Source of the DNA: an uncultured delta proteobacterium | GTDB taxonomy: Bacteria > Desulfobacterota > Desulfobacteria > Desulfobacterales > UBA2156 | Assembly (NCBI GenBank): GCA_963736855.1 | Contig: CAVTQK010000021.1 | Coordinates: 687,464-751,463, forward strand | Reading direction: 5' to 3' | DNA length: 64,000 nucleotides | Shown here: one piece after another, positions 16,346 to 25,813 of the stretch | Numbering within the stretch: position 1 is the first letter of the stretch | How the letters are laid out: every line of letters starts with the position of its first letter | Position numbers and translations under genes: made by a program | The notes under the pieces: model-generated | What the model was told of the DNA's origin: nothing | What the model saw: the letters and a program-made list of their open reading frames with translations, nothing else | Databases searched by the model: none

Positions 16346-18721
16346 ATGGCAAAAACAAAAATACAAAAAGCAAAAAGAAAAAGCAAAATAAAAACCCACC
16401 GGAAAACAGCGGTTGCATCTGTTCGATCAGAAAAAGCAGACTTTTATTATTGGGAATATGAAAGCTATTTTGAATCCAGGAACCTCGATAAGGCGTTGGC
16501 AAATTTAAAAAAGGCTATCAAGATTCAACCCAACAATGCGATGTTTCTTGAACAAATGGTTCGACTGGGTTTCGCAATGGATAACAATGATGTTCAATTG
16601 TCCGGGCTTTCAGCGCTTTATGAAAGCGGGCAAATGGAAAAGGACTATTTGCTGTTTTATTTAGACTCCCTGATCATAGGCAAAAAATATCTGCTGGCCT
16701 TAAATATTGCAGAGAAATTGCTGTCCCAGCTTGACAAAATGAAGGTTAAAAACAAACTGAAACTCAGGAAAGCAATCATACAGAATAAGGAATACTGTCA
16801 GTATCATCTGAAAATCGAGCGTATACTGAAAACTGCACCTGAAAAAGCCCATCAAAAACCTTCGTCACCAAAAAAGGAGAAACCAGGTTATTTATCTTCA
16901 AAGCCTGTTCCTCAGGAACACAAAGTGGGGAAAATATCAAACCTTCCACTCATCAAACCAGATCATCATGAAAAGAAAAATCCTGTTCAGGATATTCCGG
17001 TTACTTTTCTCCTTGATGAAAATTCTTTTATACTTCCTTTTTCTAATAATCAGTTGATGACTTATTCACAATATGAACTGGCTCTGGAAGGGCATTGCAT
17101 TCGGTTCAGAGATTCGTATGAGAACCTGATCTGTCTCAACAGTCTGCATAACATTCAGTCTCTCTGGTATCAGGAAGAAACGGCAAGAAAGGTTCTGAAA
17201 AGCTTTCGGGGCCGCGCCCTTCTGTCCGACGAAGTGGGATTGGGAAAAACCATCGAAGCCCTTATCATTTTAAAAGAATATATCAAAAGAGGCATTGTTA
17301 AAAATGCCTTGATCCTGACCCCTGCAACCCTTGTCAGCCAGTGGCAGGAAGAGTTGCAGACCAAATTCGGGCTTTATTTTTCATCTACCGATGACCCAGA
17401 TTTTCATAAAAAGGGAGTACAATTTTGGGAAGCCCCTTACATCCTTGCCTCTATTAATCAAGCCAAATCCAAACGAAATTACGATGAGGTTATCCAAAGA
17501 GAGTATGACATGGTGATTATAGATGAAGCGCACCATTTTAAAAATAAAAATACACTGAGCTGGAAACTTGCCAATTCCCTAAAAAAGCGATTTCTTCTTT
17601 TGTTAACAGCAACACCGGTGGAAAATAACCTGATGGAGCTTTATAATATCATCACCCTGTTAAAGCCCGGCCAGTTGAAAACCGCATCGGCATTTCGCAA
17701 GGAATTTATGACCAGAGGCGACCCCACCGGACCTCAAAACCGCAGCCGGTTGAAGGAACTACTGGGTCAGGTAATGATTCGGAATACTAGGGCTCTGGCG
17801 CAAGTCGGTATTCCCCCAAGGTTTGCACAGACTCTGCGGATAAAATCTGGGGCAAACGAAAGAATGTTATACACCCGGATTACGGATCTGGTTTTGCATG
17901 TTCATAAAGCTGATGGTAACAGCGGGAACACGCTTTTGCTTAAAAATCTACTTGCTGAAGCCGGCTCATCTCCCAGAGCGGTGGAACTGACTTTACAACG
18001 CGTTCTTTCTAAAAGAGATTTTTTGTGGGATTATGAAAAAGAGATAAAAGCTATTCATAATTTATGCCGTACTATGGGGGATACGGAAAAAAATAAGGCA
18101 TTGCACCATCTCATCACATCAACCAATGGAAAAAAAATCATTTTCGTTAAATACCTTGGAACTCTGGATCATATATCAGAATTCTTATCCTGGAATAATT
18201 TTTCCCATGTTATTTTCCATGGGGGAATGAATCACGTTCAAAAGGATGAAGCCATCAACATCTTTCGTGAAGAAAAAGATCTCCTCATTACAACAGAAAT
18301 CGGCGGCGAGGGACGGAATCTTCAATTCTGCCACCAGATGATCAATTATGATCTTCCCTGGAATCCCATGAAAATTGAACAAAGGATCGGCAGAATCCAC
18401 CGTCTCGGACAGAAAAATGAGGTGATGATTTATAATTTATGTGCAGCAGATAGTATTGAGGATTACATTCTGGATATTCTGGACCGGAAAATCAACATGT
18501 TTGAAATGGTTATCGGTGAGATTGATATGATTATAGGTCGCATCCAAGAGGAAAAGGAATTTCCCGATATGGTATACGATATCTGGATAAATGCAGCATC
18601 CGATATCGAGCGAAAACAAGGTTATGACCAGCTTGCCATACAACTGAAACGGTCTAAGGAACAATACGAGAAGACCAAAATTCTGGACCAAAAGCTTTTT
18701 GGAGAAAATTTTGAACTTTAA
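16346..18721 (+). CDS. SNF2-family helicase with Lys-rich/TPR-like N-terminal extension
   Basis: 791 aa. Has DEVGLGKTIEA, IIDEAHHFKN, LLLTATPVENNLMELYN and YDLPWNPMKIEQRIGRIHRLGQ. Confidence 0.85.
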   Translation: MAKTKIQKAKRKSKIKTHRKTAVASVRSEKADFYYWEYESYFESRNLDKALANLKKAIKIQPNNAMFLEQMVRLGFAMDNNDVQLSGLSALYESGQMEKDYLLFYLDSLIIGKKYLLALNIAEKLLSQLDKMKVKNKLKLRKAIIQNKEYCQYHLKIERILKTAPEKAHQKPSSPKKEKPGYLSSKPVPQEHKVGKISNLPLIKPDHHEKKNPVQDIPVTFLLDENSFILPFSNNQLMTYSQYELALEGHCIRFRDSYENLICLNSLHNIQSLWYQEETARKVLKSFRGRALLSDEVGLGKTIEALIILKEYIKRGIVKNALILTPATLVSQWQEELQTKFGLYFSSTDDPDFHKKGVQFWEAPYILASINQAKSKRNYDEVIQREYDMVIIDEAHHFKNKNTLSWKLANSLKKRFLLLLTATPVENNLMELYNIITLLKPGQLKTASAFRKEFMTRGDPTGPQNRSRLKELLGQVMIRNTRALAQVGIPPRFAQTLRIKSGANERMLYTRITDLVLHVHKADGNSGNTLLLKNLLAEAGSSPRAVELTLQRVLSKRDFLWDYEKEIKAIHNLCRTMGDTEKNKALHHLITSTNGKKIIFVKYLGTLDHISEFLSWNNFSHVIFHGGMNHVQKDEAINIFREEKDLLITTEIGGEGRNLQFCHQMINYDLPWNPMKIEQRIGRIHRLGQKNEVMIYNLCAADSIEDYILDILDRKINMFEMVIGEIDMIIGRIQEEKEFPDMVYDIWINAASDIERKQGYDQLAIQLKRSKEQYEKTKILDQKLFGENFEL

Positions 18722-19775
18722 TACCGGCTATTCACTGGAACAATTTGCCATTCGTTTCTTTGAGTCAAACGGCGCTGAGATAGAAAAATGTCCCGATGGA
18801 CTGGAAATCCTATTGCCCGAGGAACTTGCCTTGCGGTTAAATACGCCTGAATACCTGCGCATTCCAACAGGAAAAGATGTTGAAGGTGCACAGGAAAAAT
18901 TTACACTCCATTATGGCTCTTCCCTTCTTGAAAAAATGGTGGATGCAGCTTGTAGGAACGTACCACTGATTCGATGCCGCCTGAATTTCAATTATATTAA
19001 ACGCGAGGGATTCGACCGGTTGATTCAGGATCAGTTTGTTTTTCACAATGCCGCAGGTAAGGTACAAAGTACAGCCGAAGTGCGAACCGAATATCTGCTA
19101 TTAAACTGCCGGTATTTGGCTCAAAGCGATGAACAAAAAGAAGGGCTTGTTGCCCTCACATTCAATCTTGAATCCGGTGCGCAAGTTTCAAATATGGACA
19201 GGATGATCAACACCGTTGATAAAACATTTGAGACAGATTCCAAACAAATCCTTCTGGAAGATCGAAAGATTAATGCGGTGTTGACATGGGTTCAACGTCA
19301 TGCGGGACGGATCCTTGGAAGTGAAATCAAACCTTTTCAGGAAAGCATGAACAGAAGATATCAACGGGATGTGGCGAACCTTGAAGAATATTATGAAGAC
19401 TTGAAGAAGGAAATGGAGGAAAATTTAAAGCGTTCAGGTCTTTCGGATCAACTGATTTCGGACCGTAAAGCAAAAATTAGTATGATTCCGAATGAATTGG
19501 AGATGAAAAAAGAGGACCTCTTTAATAAATACAGCATCCGGGTCAAACTTGATCTTTGCGGCGGCATATATATCCGAACACCGGCGATGAAGATATTGTA
19601 CCAGATATCCTTTGGCAAGAAACAAAGGCAGTTATCGATGATATTCAACCCTGTCACCAAATCGTTGGATCCTCTGGTCTGCGAAGGTTGCGGCGACAGC
19701 ACATTCAACATCAGTTTCTGTAAACATCTTCATACCCTTTGTCCTGTATGCAGAGGAAATTGTCCGGTTTGCTGA
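18699..19775 (+). CDS. hypothetical protein with C-terminal multi-Cys zinc ribbon, translationally coupled to the SNF2 gene
   Basis: 358 aa from TTG 18699. An alternative start is TTG 18711, with GGAG at 18701-18704. It overlaps the SNF2 stop (18719-18721). There are seven Cys in the last 31 aa (CEGCGDSTFNISFCKHLHTLCPVCRGNCPVC). No other motif recognised. Confidence 0.6.
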   Translation: MEKILNFNTGYSLEQFAIRFFESNGAEIEKCPDGLEILLPEELALRLNTPEYLRIPTGKDVEGAQEKFTLHYGSSLLEKMVDAACRNVPLIRCRLNFNYIKREGFDRLIQDQFVFHNAAGKVQSTAEVRTEYLLLNCRYLAQSDEQKEGLVALTFNLESGAQVSNMDRMINTVDKTFETDSKQILLEDRKINAVLTWVQRHAGRILGSEIKPFQESMNRRYQRDVANLEEYYEDLKKEMEENLKRSGLSDQLISDRKAKISMIPNELEMKKEDLFNKYSIRVKLDLCGGIYIRTPAMKILYQISFGKKQRQLSMIFNPVTKSLDPLVCEGCGDSTFNISFCKHLHTLCPVCRGNCPVC

Positions 19776-19899
19776 ACAAGTTCAACATTTACTGTTCGAA
19801 AGGAAACAAGGTCGTCTAAGTACTTTCAATCACCTCAAGTAATAGAGAGTCGGATTAACCGGGTGTCATTTTAATAGTCATTGAAACATTTACCTTTAC

Positions 19900-20598
19900 A
19901 TGATCGCCAGGGAGTCAACCCGACGGATTCACCAGATGGTTTCAATGAACGCCAAACAACCTACCGCCGGCATCATCCTGGCCGCAGGCATGTCCCGGCG
20001 ATTGGGGCAACCCAAACAGCTTTTGCGTTTTCAAGGCAGGTTCATCTTAGAAAATGTCTTGGAAAACGCCTTGGCCTCCCGACTGAACACCGTGATCCTG
20101 GTCTTGGGACATCAGGCTCAAAAAATTATTAAGGTTCTCGGTGTAAAGCTGGATCACCCGCGTCTTAAAATGATCGTCAATCGTCGATACCGGGAAGGCT
20201 TAAGCAGTAGCCTTCGCGCCGGCCTTCGGGAGGTGATAGAATTTCCTTCGGTGATGTTTCTCCTGGGAGATCAACCCTGGATCAATAATCAGCTCATCAA
20301 TCTACTGCTGGATCGATTCCGGAAGTCTGAAAAAGATATCTGCGTGCCGGTTTATCAAGACAGAAGAGGTAATCCGGTCATTTTCAGTCGGCGGTTTTAC
20401 GACACCCTCATGAAGATCGAAGGGGATATCGGCGCCCGGGAGGTCATCGCTTCCAACCTCCGGGATGTTCTCGAGGTGGAGGTATCCGATCCGGACGTCT
20501 TTTTCGACATCGATACGTTCTCGGACCTTGAAACCTTGAATGCGATACAGACCCCCCGCCCTTTATCGGCCAATGAATCAGACAGGGAAGAAGTTTGA
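19900..20598 (+). CDS. mocA: molybdenum cofactor cytidylyltransferase-like nucleotidyltransferase
   Basis: AGIILAAGMSRRLGQPKQLL...LGDQPWI is typical of MocA/MobA-like NTP transferases. The true start may be ATG 19945 (MNAKQPTAG...). Confidence 0.7.
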   Translation: MIARESTRRIHQMVSMNAKQPTAGIILAAGMSRRLGQPKQLLRFQGRFILENVLENALASRLNTVILVLGHQAQKIIKVLGVKLDHPRLKMIVNRRYREGLSSSLRAGLREVIEFPSVMFLLGDQPWINNQLINLLLDRFRKSEKDICVPVYQDRRGNPVIFSRRFYDTLMKIEGDIGAREVIASNLRDVLEVEVSDPDVFFDIDTFSDLETLNAIQTPRPLSANESDREEV

Positions 20599-20624
20599 CC
20601 CCCCGAATAAGCGGCAAGTAAAAC

Positions 20625-22952
20625 CTATTCCTCGATAATGCAGGCTTCGCCCGGATCCTTCCCGACCTGACGACCGCAGAGGTCGATCCCTTGTTTTTCC
20701 CGGATGGCCGCCAGAATCCGTTCGGGGGTCATAGGGAGATCCTTGATCCGAACACCCGCAGCATCATAAATCGCGTTGGCGATGGCCGGGGCCGTGGGGA
20801 CGCACCCGGGCTCCCCGATCCCTTTGGCGCCGAAGGGACCGTCCGGATCATGGGACTCCAGCACCGGAGCTTTCATGGGAACCACGTCTTTGGCCGTCAG
20901 GATCTTGTAATCCCGAAAATTGGGGTTCATGCATTGGCCCTTCTCCAAGACGATCTGTTCGGTGAGGGCATACCCGATCCCCATCATGACGCCCCCGTAC
21001 ACCTGCCCTTCCAGGAGCATGGGGTTGATGGCTTTACCCACATCATGGGCCGCGACGTATTTGAGAATTTTGACCTTACCGGTTTCTTCATCAACCTTCA
21101 CCCGTACGCCATGAACGCCGAAGGTGTACGTCATGGAGAGGTTTCCCCGAAAATCCCTCCCCAAGTTTTCGTTGGCCGGATCATAGAAGTATTCCGCCAT
21201 GAGCATACGGCCGTTTGCTGAAAAGTGTGCTTTCCGGAGAAGCTTACCGAATTCGATTTTCCTGGAGTCATCCTCCATGGAGCATATATTTCCATCCCTC
21301 AAAATAAGCTTTTCGGCCGGAATATTCAGAGCCTTGGATGCCGTCTCCAGAATCTGTTCCTTGATTTTTTTGGCAGCCCCGAGAGCCGAATTGCCGGCGA
21401 CGAAAGTGGTCCGGCTGGCATGAGCACCCACATCCCAGGGGCAGATATCCGTATCGGTGTGGATCACATGGGTATCTTCCAGGGAAAGGCCGAGTTCTTC
21501 CGCCACAATCTGGGCGATGACCGTATCCGAACCCTGCCCCATATCCGAAGCGCCCGTAAAAATATTGACTTTCCCGAAATCGTCCACCTTGATGATCGTG
21601 CCGCACCCATCGGATTTATAGACCCGGGCCCCGCCGCCGACATGGATCAATGAAGCGATCCCCACACCCTCTCCCTTTTCTTTGGGCCGGCCCATGTCCA
21701 GCTCTCTTGCCACGGCATCGATGCACTCCTTGAGGCCGCAGGAAGTAATCTTGAAATTCTGCGGTGAAACGTATCCACTCTCATTGGCATTGATCTTTCT
21801 GAAGGAAACCGGGTCGATCCCGGCCGCTTCGGCGAGCATATCCATAGCGCTTTCGATGGCAAAGGTCGCCTGTGGATTTCCATAACCCCGCATGGCCTGG
21901 GAATACGTGTTGTTGGTGTAAACACACTTGGCTTCGTACCGGACGTTGGGTACCTTGTAGAGCGTCGTGATGGGCATCATCATCACCGATGGCGTGGTGG
22001 CCCCCCACGATGTATAAGCGCCGTTGTCGAGAATCATGGAAATGTCCCTGAACAGAAGCCTCCCCTCCTTGTCGCAACCCTGGGCGATGTGCATGATTGC
22101 GGGCTGTCGCGTCGATGTGGCGATGAATTCTTCCTGCCGATCAAAGACGACCTTAACGGGTTTTCGGGTTTGACGCGCCAGAAGAATCGCGATGTACTCA
22201 TATGCGTAGGTATCGAGTTTGCTCCCGAAGCCGCCCCCAATGACGGGTTTGATCACCCGGACCCGGCGGTTTTTAAGGCCCATCGCCTCCAGTGCTTCAA
22301 TGAAATCCTTCTGAGCCAGGGATGGAATCTGGGTGTTGGTATAAATAGTCAGGTTGTCGGCGAAATCAAACCACGCTAAAGCGCCGGAAGTTCCCATGCA
22401 ACAATGGGTCACCCAGGTGGTGCAAAAACGATCCTCGATGATGTGTGCAGACCGGTTTCGGGCTTCATCCACATTACCGTAATGCAGTTTCCATGGCATC
22501 TTCAAGATGTTTGTCTTGTGCTCCTCATGAAGCAGGGGGGCATCCTCCCGCATGGCCGCCACCGGATCGAAGACTCCCGGAAGAGCCTCATAGGTGACCT
22601 CGATGAGGCTCAATGCCTCCTCGGCGATATCCCGATCGATGGCTGCCACTGCCGCCACCTCATCCCGGTAGGAACGAACTTTCCCAGCCTTGAGGGGCCG
22701 GTTGTCTTTATAAACACCGAGCTTGATTTCAGGAATATCGTATCCCGTAAGTACAGCCCGAACACCGGGAAGCTTTTTCGCTCTGGAGGTATCGATGCGG
22801 ACGATTTTTGCGTGCGGGTATTTGCTGTACAGGATCTTTCCATAAAGCATCCCGGGCACTTTCACATCCTGGATATACTGGCTGCGGCCTGTGGCCTTAT
22901 CCATTGCGTCGAGTTTCGGAACGCTTTTTCCAACGGCATGAAACTGGTTCAT
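20625..22952 (-). CDS. xanthine dehydrogenase-family molybdopterin-binding large subunit
   Basis: 775 aa. N-terminus GKSVPKLDAMDKATGRSQYIQDV, with GGGFG and GIGEPG strings typical of the aldehyde oxidase/XDH large subunit. Confidence 0.85.
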   Translation of the reverse strand: MNQFHAVGKSVPKLDAMDKATGRSQYIQDVKVPGMLYGKILYSKYPHAKIVRIDTSRAKKLPGVRAVLTGYDIPEIKLGVYKDNRPLKAGKVRSYRDEVAAVAAIDRDIAEEALSLIEVTYEALPGVFDPVAAMREDAPLLHEEHKTNILKMPWKLHYGNVDEARNRSAHIIEDRFCTTWVTHCCMGTSGALAWFDFADNLTIYTNTQIPSLAQKDFIEALEAMGLKNRRVRVIKPVIGGGFGSKLDTYAYEYIAILLARQTRKPVKVVFDRQEEFIATSTRQPAIMHIAQGCDKEGRLLFRDISMILDNGAYTSWGATTPSVMMMPITTLYKVPNVRYEAKCVYTNNTYSQAMRGYGNPQATFAIESAMDMLAEAAGIDPVSFRKINANESGYVSPQNFKITSCGLKECIDAVARELDMGRPKEKGEGVGIASLIHVGGGARVYKSDGCGTIIKVDDFGKVNIFTGASDMGQGSDTVIAQIVAEELGLSLEDTHVIHTDTDICPWDVGAHASRTTFVAGNSALGAAKKIKEQILETASKALNIPAEKLILRDGNICSMEDDSRKIEFGKLLRKAHFSANGRMLMAEYFYDPANENLGRDFRGNLSMTYTFGVHGVRVKVDEETGKVKILKYVAAHDVGKAINPMLLEGQVYGGVMMGIGYALTEQIVLEKGQCMNPNFRDYKILTAKDVVPMKAPVLESHDPDGPFGAKGIGEPGCVPTAPAIANAIYDAAGVRIKDLPMTPERILAAIREKQGIDLCGRQVGKDPGEACIIEE

Positions 22953-22971
22953 AACTTCCCCGCTTTCTTAT

Positions 22972-23484
22972 TTACTGCTCCTCTTCGGCCTGCCAGGCCA
23001 CCACTTTCACCTTTTCCTCGGCTTTACTGCTCACCGACCGTATCGAATCGATGATCTGGACATACCCCGTACACCTGCAGATGTTCCCGGAAATGGCATC
23101 CTTGATTTCTTCTTCTCCGGCAGTAAAGTTTTCGTCCAAAAGAGCTTTGGCCGACAAAATCATTCCGGGCGTGCAAAAACCGCACTGAATCCCTCCGTGT
23201 TCCACGAAGGCTTTTTGAAGCGGGTGCAGGGCGCCATCGGGCAGGGCCAGCCCTTCGATGGTCAAGACCGTCTTTCCGTCAATCTCAGCCGCCAGGTAAA
23301 GACAGGAGTTTACAGCCATTCCATCCACAAGGACGGTGCATGCTCCGCATTCTCCGCTGCCGCACCCTTCCTTGGTGCCCTGAAGTCCCAGCTCTTCACG
23401 GATCAGATGCAGGAGTGTCCAGTGATCTTCGATGCGCATCTGCGTCTCGGTGCCGTTTAAAGTGAAGGAAACGGTTCGTTCCAT
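22972..23484 (-). CDS. (2Fe-2S)-binding small subunit of the Mo-hydroxylase
   Basis: 170 aa. Has GCGSGECGACTV and CGFCTPGM...CRCTGY motifs. Confidence 0.9.
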   Translation of the reverse strand: MERTVSFTLNGTETQMRIEDHWTLLHLIREELGLQGTKEGCGSGECGACTVLVDGMAVNSCLYLAAEIDGKTVLTIEGLALPDGALHPLQKAFVEHGGIQCGFCTPGMILSAKALLDENFTAGEEEIKDAISGNICRCTGYVQIIDSIRSVSSKAEEKVKVVAWQAEEEQ

Positions 23485-23502
23485 GAATGGCCCCCCATAA
23501 TG

Positions 23503-24393
23503 TTAATGCGGTGTTTGTGTCTGTTGAACCCGTTCCATTGCCTTTTGTCCCATTCGTTTGACTAAAATGCCCACCATTTCCCGGCGATACCAGGCCACAC
23601 CACGGATGCTGTCCCGGACCTTCGATTCCCGGGCCGCAATCCTCCCCGCTTCTTCCAGAGTCATTTCATCGATCGGTCTCCCGGTTAAAAATGCCTCAGC
23701 TTCGGTAGCTCTCATAGGTGTCGGCGCCGCCACCCCCAGGGCGATGCGGGCTTTTGTGCATGTTCTCAGGTCCTCCTTCAGGGAAAGAACAACCCCGACT
23801 CCCAGGAGCGGGAGTTCCATGGCTTCTCTTCTCCCGAACTTAAGATAGGCGCTTCCCGTTCTGGGGAGCAACGGCGGAACAACGATCTCGGTGAGGATTT
23901 CACCGGTTTCCAGGTCGCATTGTCCGGGTCCGAGAAAAAACCGCAGCAGGTCCATGGACCGTTCCCCTTTGGGTCCGTGGATATTGACCCGGGCGTCCAG
24001 AGCAACCAAAGGAACGGCGCCGTCCGCCGACGGGACCGCATTGACGAGGTTGCCGCCGATCGTTGCCACGTTCCGTATCTGAACCGATCCGATGTTTTTG
24101 ACCGCATCATGGAGAATGGGGTATCGCACCTGCACCGTCTTGGATGTTTCGATGCGCCGGTGGGTGACAAAAGCGCCGATATAGAGCTCACCATTCTCCG
24201 GGTTGAAAAGCGGTCGATCCGGACACAGGATATGTTTTAAAGAAATGAGATAATCCGGGAAAATCTTTTTTTCTTTGATTTTGAGCAAAATATCCGTTCC
24301 GCCGGCGATGTATCTGGCCCGTTCTCCATGGGAAACATACATGGAGACGGCCTCATCCAAGGACTTGGGAACCATGTAAGCGAATCGTCTCAT
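23503..24393 (-). CDS. FAD-binding medium subunit (CoxM/XdhB-like) of the Mo-hydroxylase
   Basis: 296 aa. Has AGGTDILLKIK and IRNVATIGGNL. It has no Cys-rich insertion, so it is not the HcrB type. Confidence 0.85.
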   Translation of the reverse strand: MRRFAYMVPKSLDEAVSMYVSHGERARYIAGGTDILLKIKEKKIFPDYLISLKHILCPDRPLFNPENGELYIGAFVTHRRIETSKTVQVRYPILHDAVKNIGSVQIRNVATIGGNLVNAVPSADGAVPLVALDARVNIHGPKGERSMDLLRFFLGPGQCDLETGEILTEIVVPPLLPRTGSAYLKFGRREAMELPLLGVGVVLSLKEDLRTCTKARIALGVAAPTPMRATEAEAFLTGRPIDEMTLEEAGRIAARESKVRDSIRGVAWYRREMVGILVKRMGQKAMERVQQTQTPH

Positions 24394-24417
24394 TTCAACC
24401 TCGTCAGTTCTTCTCGT

Positions 24418-25731
24418 TTACTGCCCACGCTCATCGAAAACCCGCTTCGATTTCCTTTCGGATCTCGGGAGGCACCCGCAATCCATCAAATCAACTCTGC
24501 AGCTGACCATCAACTGCTTCTTGACTGCATCGCTGATTTTTCTGGAAAGATCGGCCTTCAGGGCATCCGGGACACCTGCCTGGCATTCAACCTTTAGGGT
24601 CATATAATCCTTTCCGTCTTCCTCCCGTTTTAAAAGGACCTGGTATTCACAGCTCACCCCGGAGATTTGTGACAGCATCTGATCGAATTGGCCGGGGTAG
24701 ATATTCACACCCCTGAAGATGATCATATCGTCGGATCGACCCAGGATTCTTCCGTGCAAGGGGAGAACGTTCCCGCAGGAGCAAGGTCGGTCGATCCTTT
24801 GGACCAGGTCCCGGGTCCGGTATCGGATCAGAGGAGAGGCTTCCTTATATAATGTGGTGACGACCATTTCTCCGGTTTCTCCATCCGCCACCGGCTCAAG
24901 AGTATCCGGATCCAAAATCTCTAAAATGTAATAATCGGCCCAGTAGTGGATCCCCTCATGTTTGAAACAATCGAGTCCGGTCCCGGGCCCGTATAGCTCG
25001 GTCATGCCGGTGATATCAAACATGTCCTCTAATCCCATGAGCTCCCGGATCCTTTTTCTCATGGCGTCCCCGCTTCGCTCGGATCCGAAAATCATTCTCT
25101 TCAGCGCGATCTTCCCCTTAAGTTTTCTGCGATCGATTTCCTCGGCCATCAAGAGTCCCATGGAAGCGGTGCAACATATGACGGTGGATTGAAGATCTTC
25201 CAGGAATTGACACTGCATGTCGATGTTGCCGGGCCCTATGGGAATGGCCAAGGCGCCGATCCGCTCGCATCCCAATTGAAAACCGACTCCGGCCGTCCAG
25301 ATGCCGTAGCCCACTGCGATCTGAACCCGGTCCATGGGAGTGACCCCCGCCATCTCGTAGCACCGGGCAAAGATGTGCTTCCAATCGTCGATGTCTTTTT
25401 GTGTGTAGGCAAGGATCTTTTTCTTTCCCGTGGTTCCGGAAGAGGCATGGATGCGAACCACTCGTGACTCGGGGACCGAAAGGAGGGGAAACGGATATCC
25501 CTCTTTCAGATCATCTGCGGTAGTAAACGGCAAGCGCTTCAGGTCATCGAAGGATCGGATGAAATCAGGTCTAACACCCGCCTTATCCAGCCGCTTTTTA
25601 TAAAATGGGGATCCGTTATAGGCATGGGCGACCGTCCATCTCAGGCGTTCCAGTTGGTGTGAGTGCAGCGCTTCAAGATTTTCGAATTTCGGCATGAAAG
25701 TCTCGGTCATCCCTTCAATCTCCTCTTTCAC
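24418..25731 (-). CDS. phenylacetate-CoA ligase family (PaaK-like / F390 synthetase-like) adenylating enzyme
   Basis: 437 aa. Has HSHQLERLRWTVAHAY, RLPFTTADDL, IHASSGTTGKKK and a C-terminal ACT-like tail. Confidence 0.8.
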   Translation of the reverse strand: MKEEIEGMTETFMPKFENLEALHSHQLERLRWTVAHAYNGSPFYKKRLDKAGVRPDFIRSFDDLKRLPFTTADDLKEGYPFPLLSVPESRVVRIHASSGTTGKKKILAYTQKDIDDWKHIFARCYEMAGVTPMDRVQIAVGYGIWTAGVGFQLGCERIGALAIPIGPGNIDMQCQFLEDLQSTVICCTASMGLLMAEEIDRRKLKGKIALKRMIFGSERSGDAMRKRIRELMGLEDMFDITGMTELYGPGTGLDCFKHEGIHYWADYYILEILDPDTLEPVADGETGEMVVTTLYKEASPLIRYRTRDLVQRIDRPCSCGNVLPLHGRILGRSDDMIIFRGVNIYPGQFDQMLSQISGVSCEYQVLLKREEDGKDYMTLKVECQAGVPDALKADLSRKISDAVKKQLMVSCRVDLMDCGCLPRSERKSKRVFDERGQ

Positions 25732-25813
25732 TCAAAATGTCCCGCGCTATTTTTCACCCGGCAGGAAGCGAATCCGGTAAGCCGTCCTTCCCGTTTTCGA
25801 TCATTTGAGTTCT

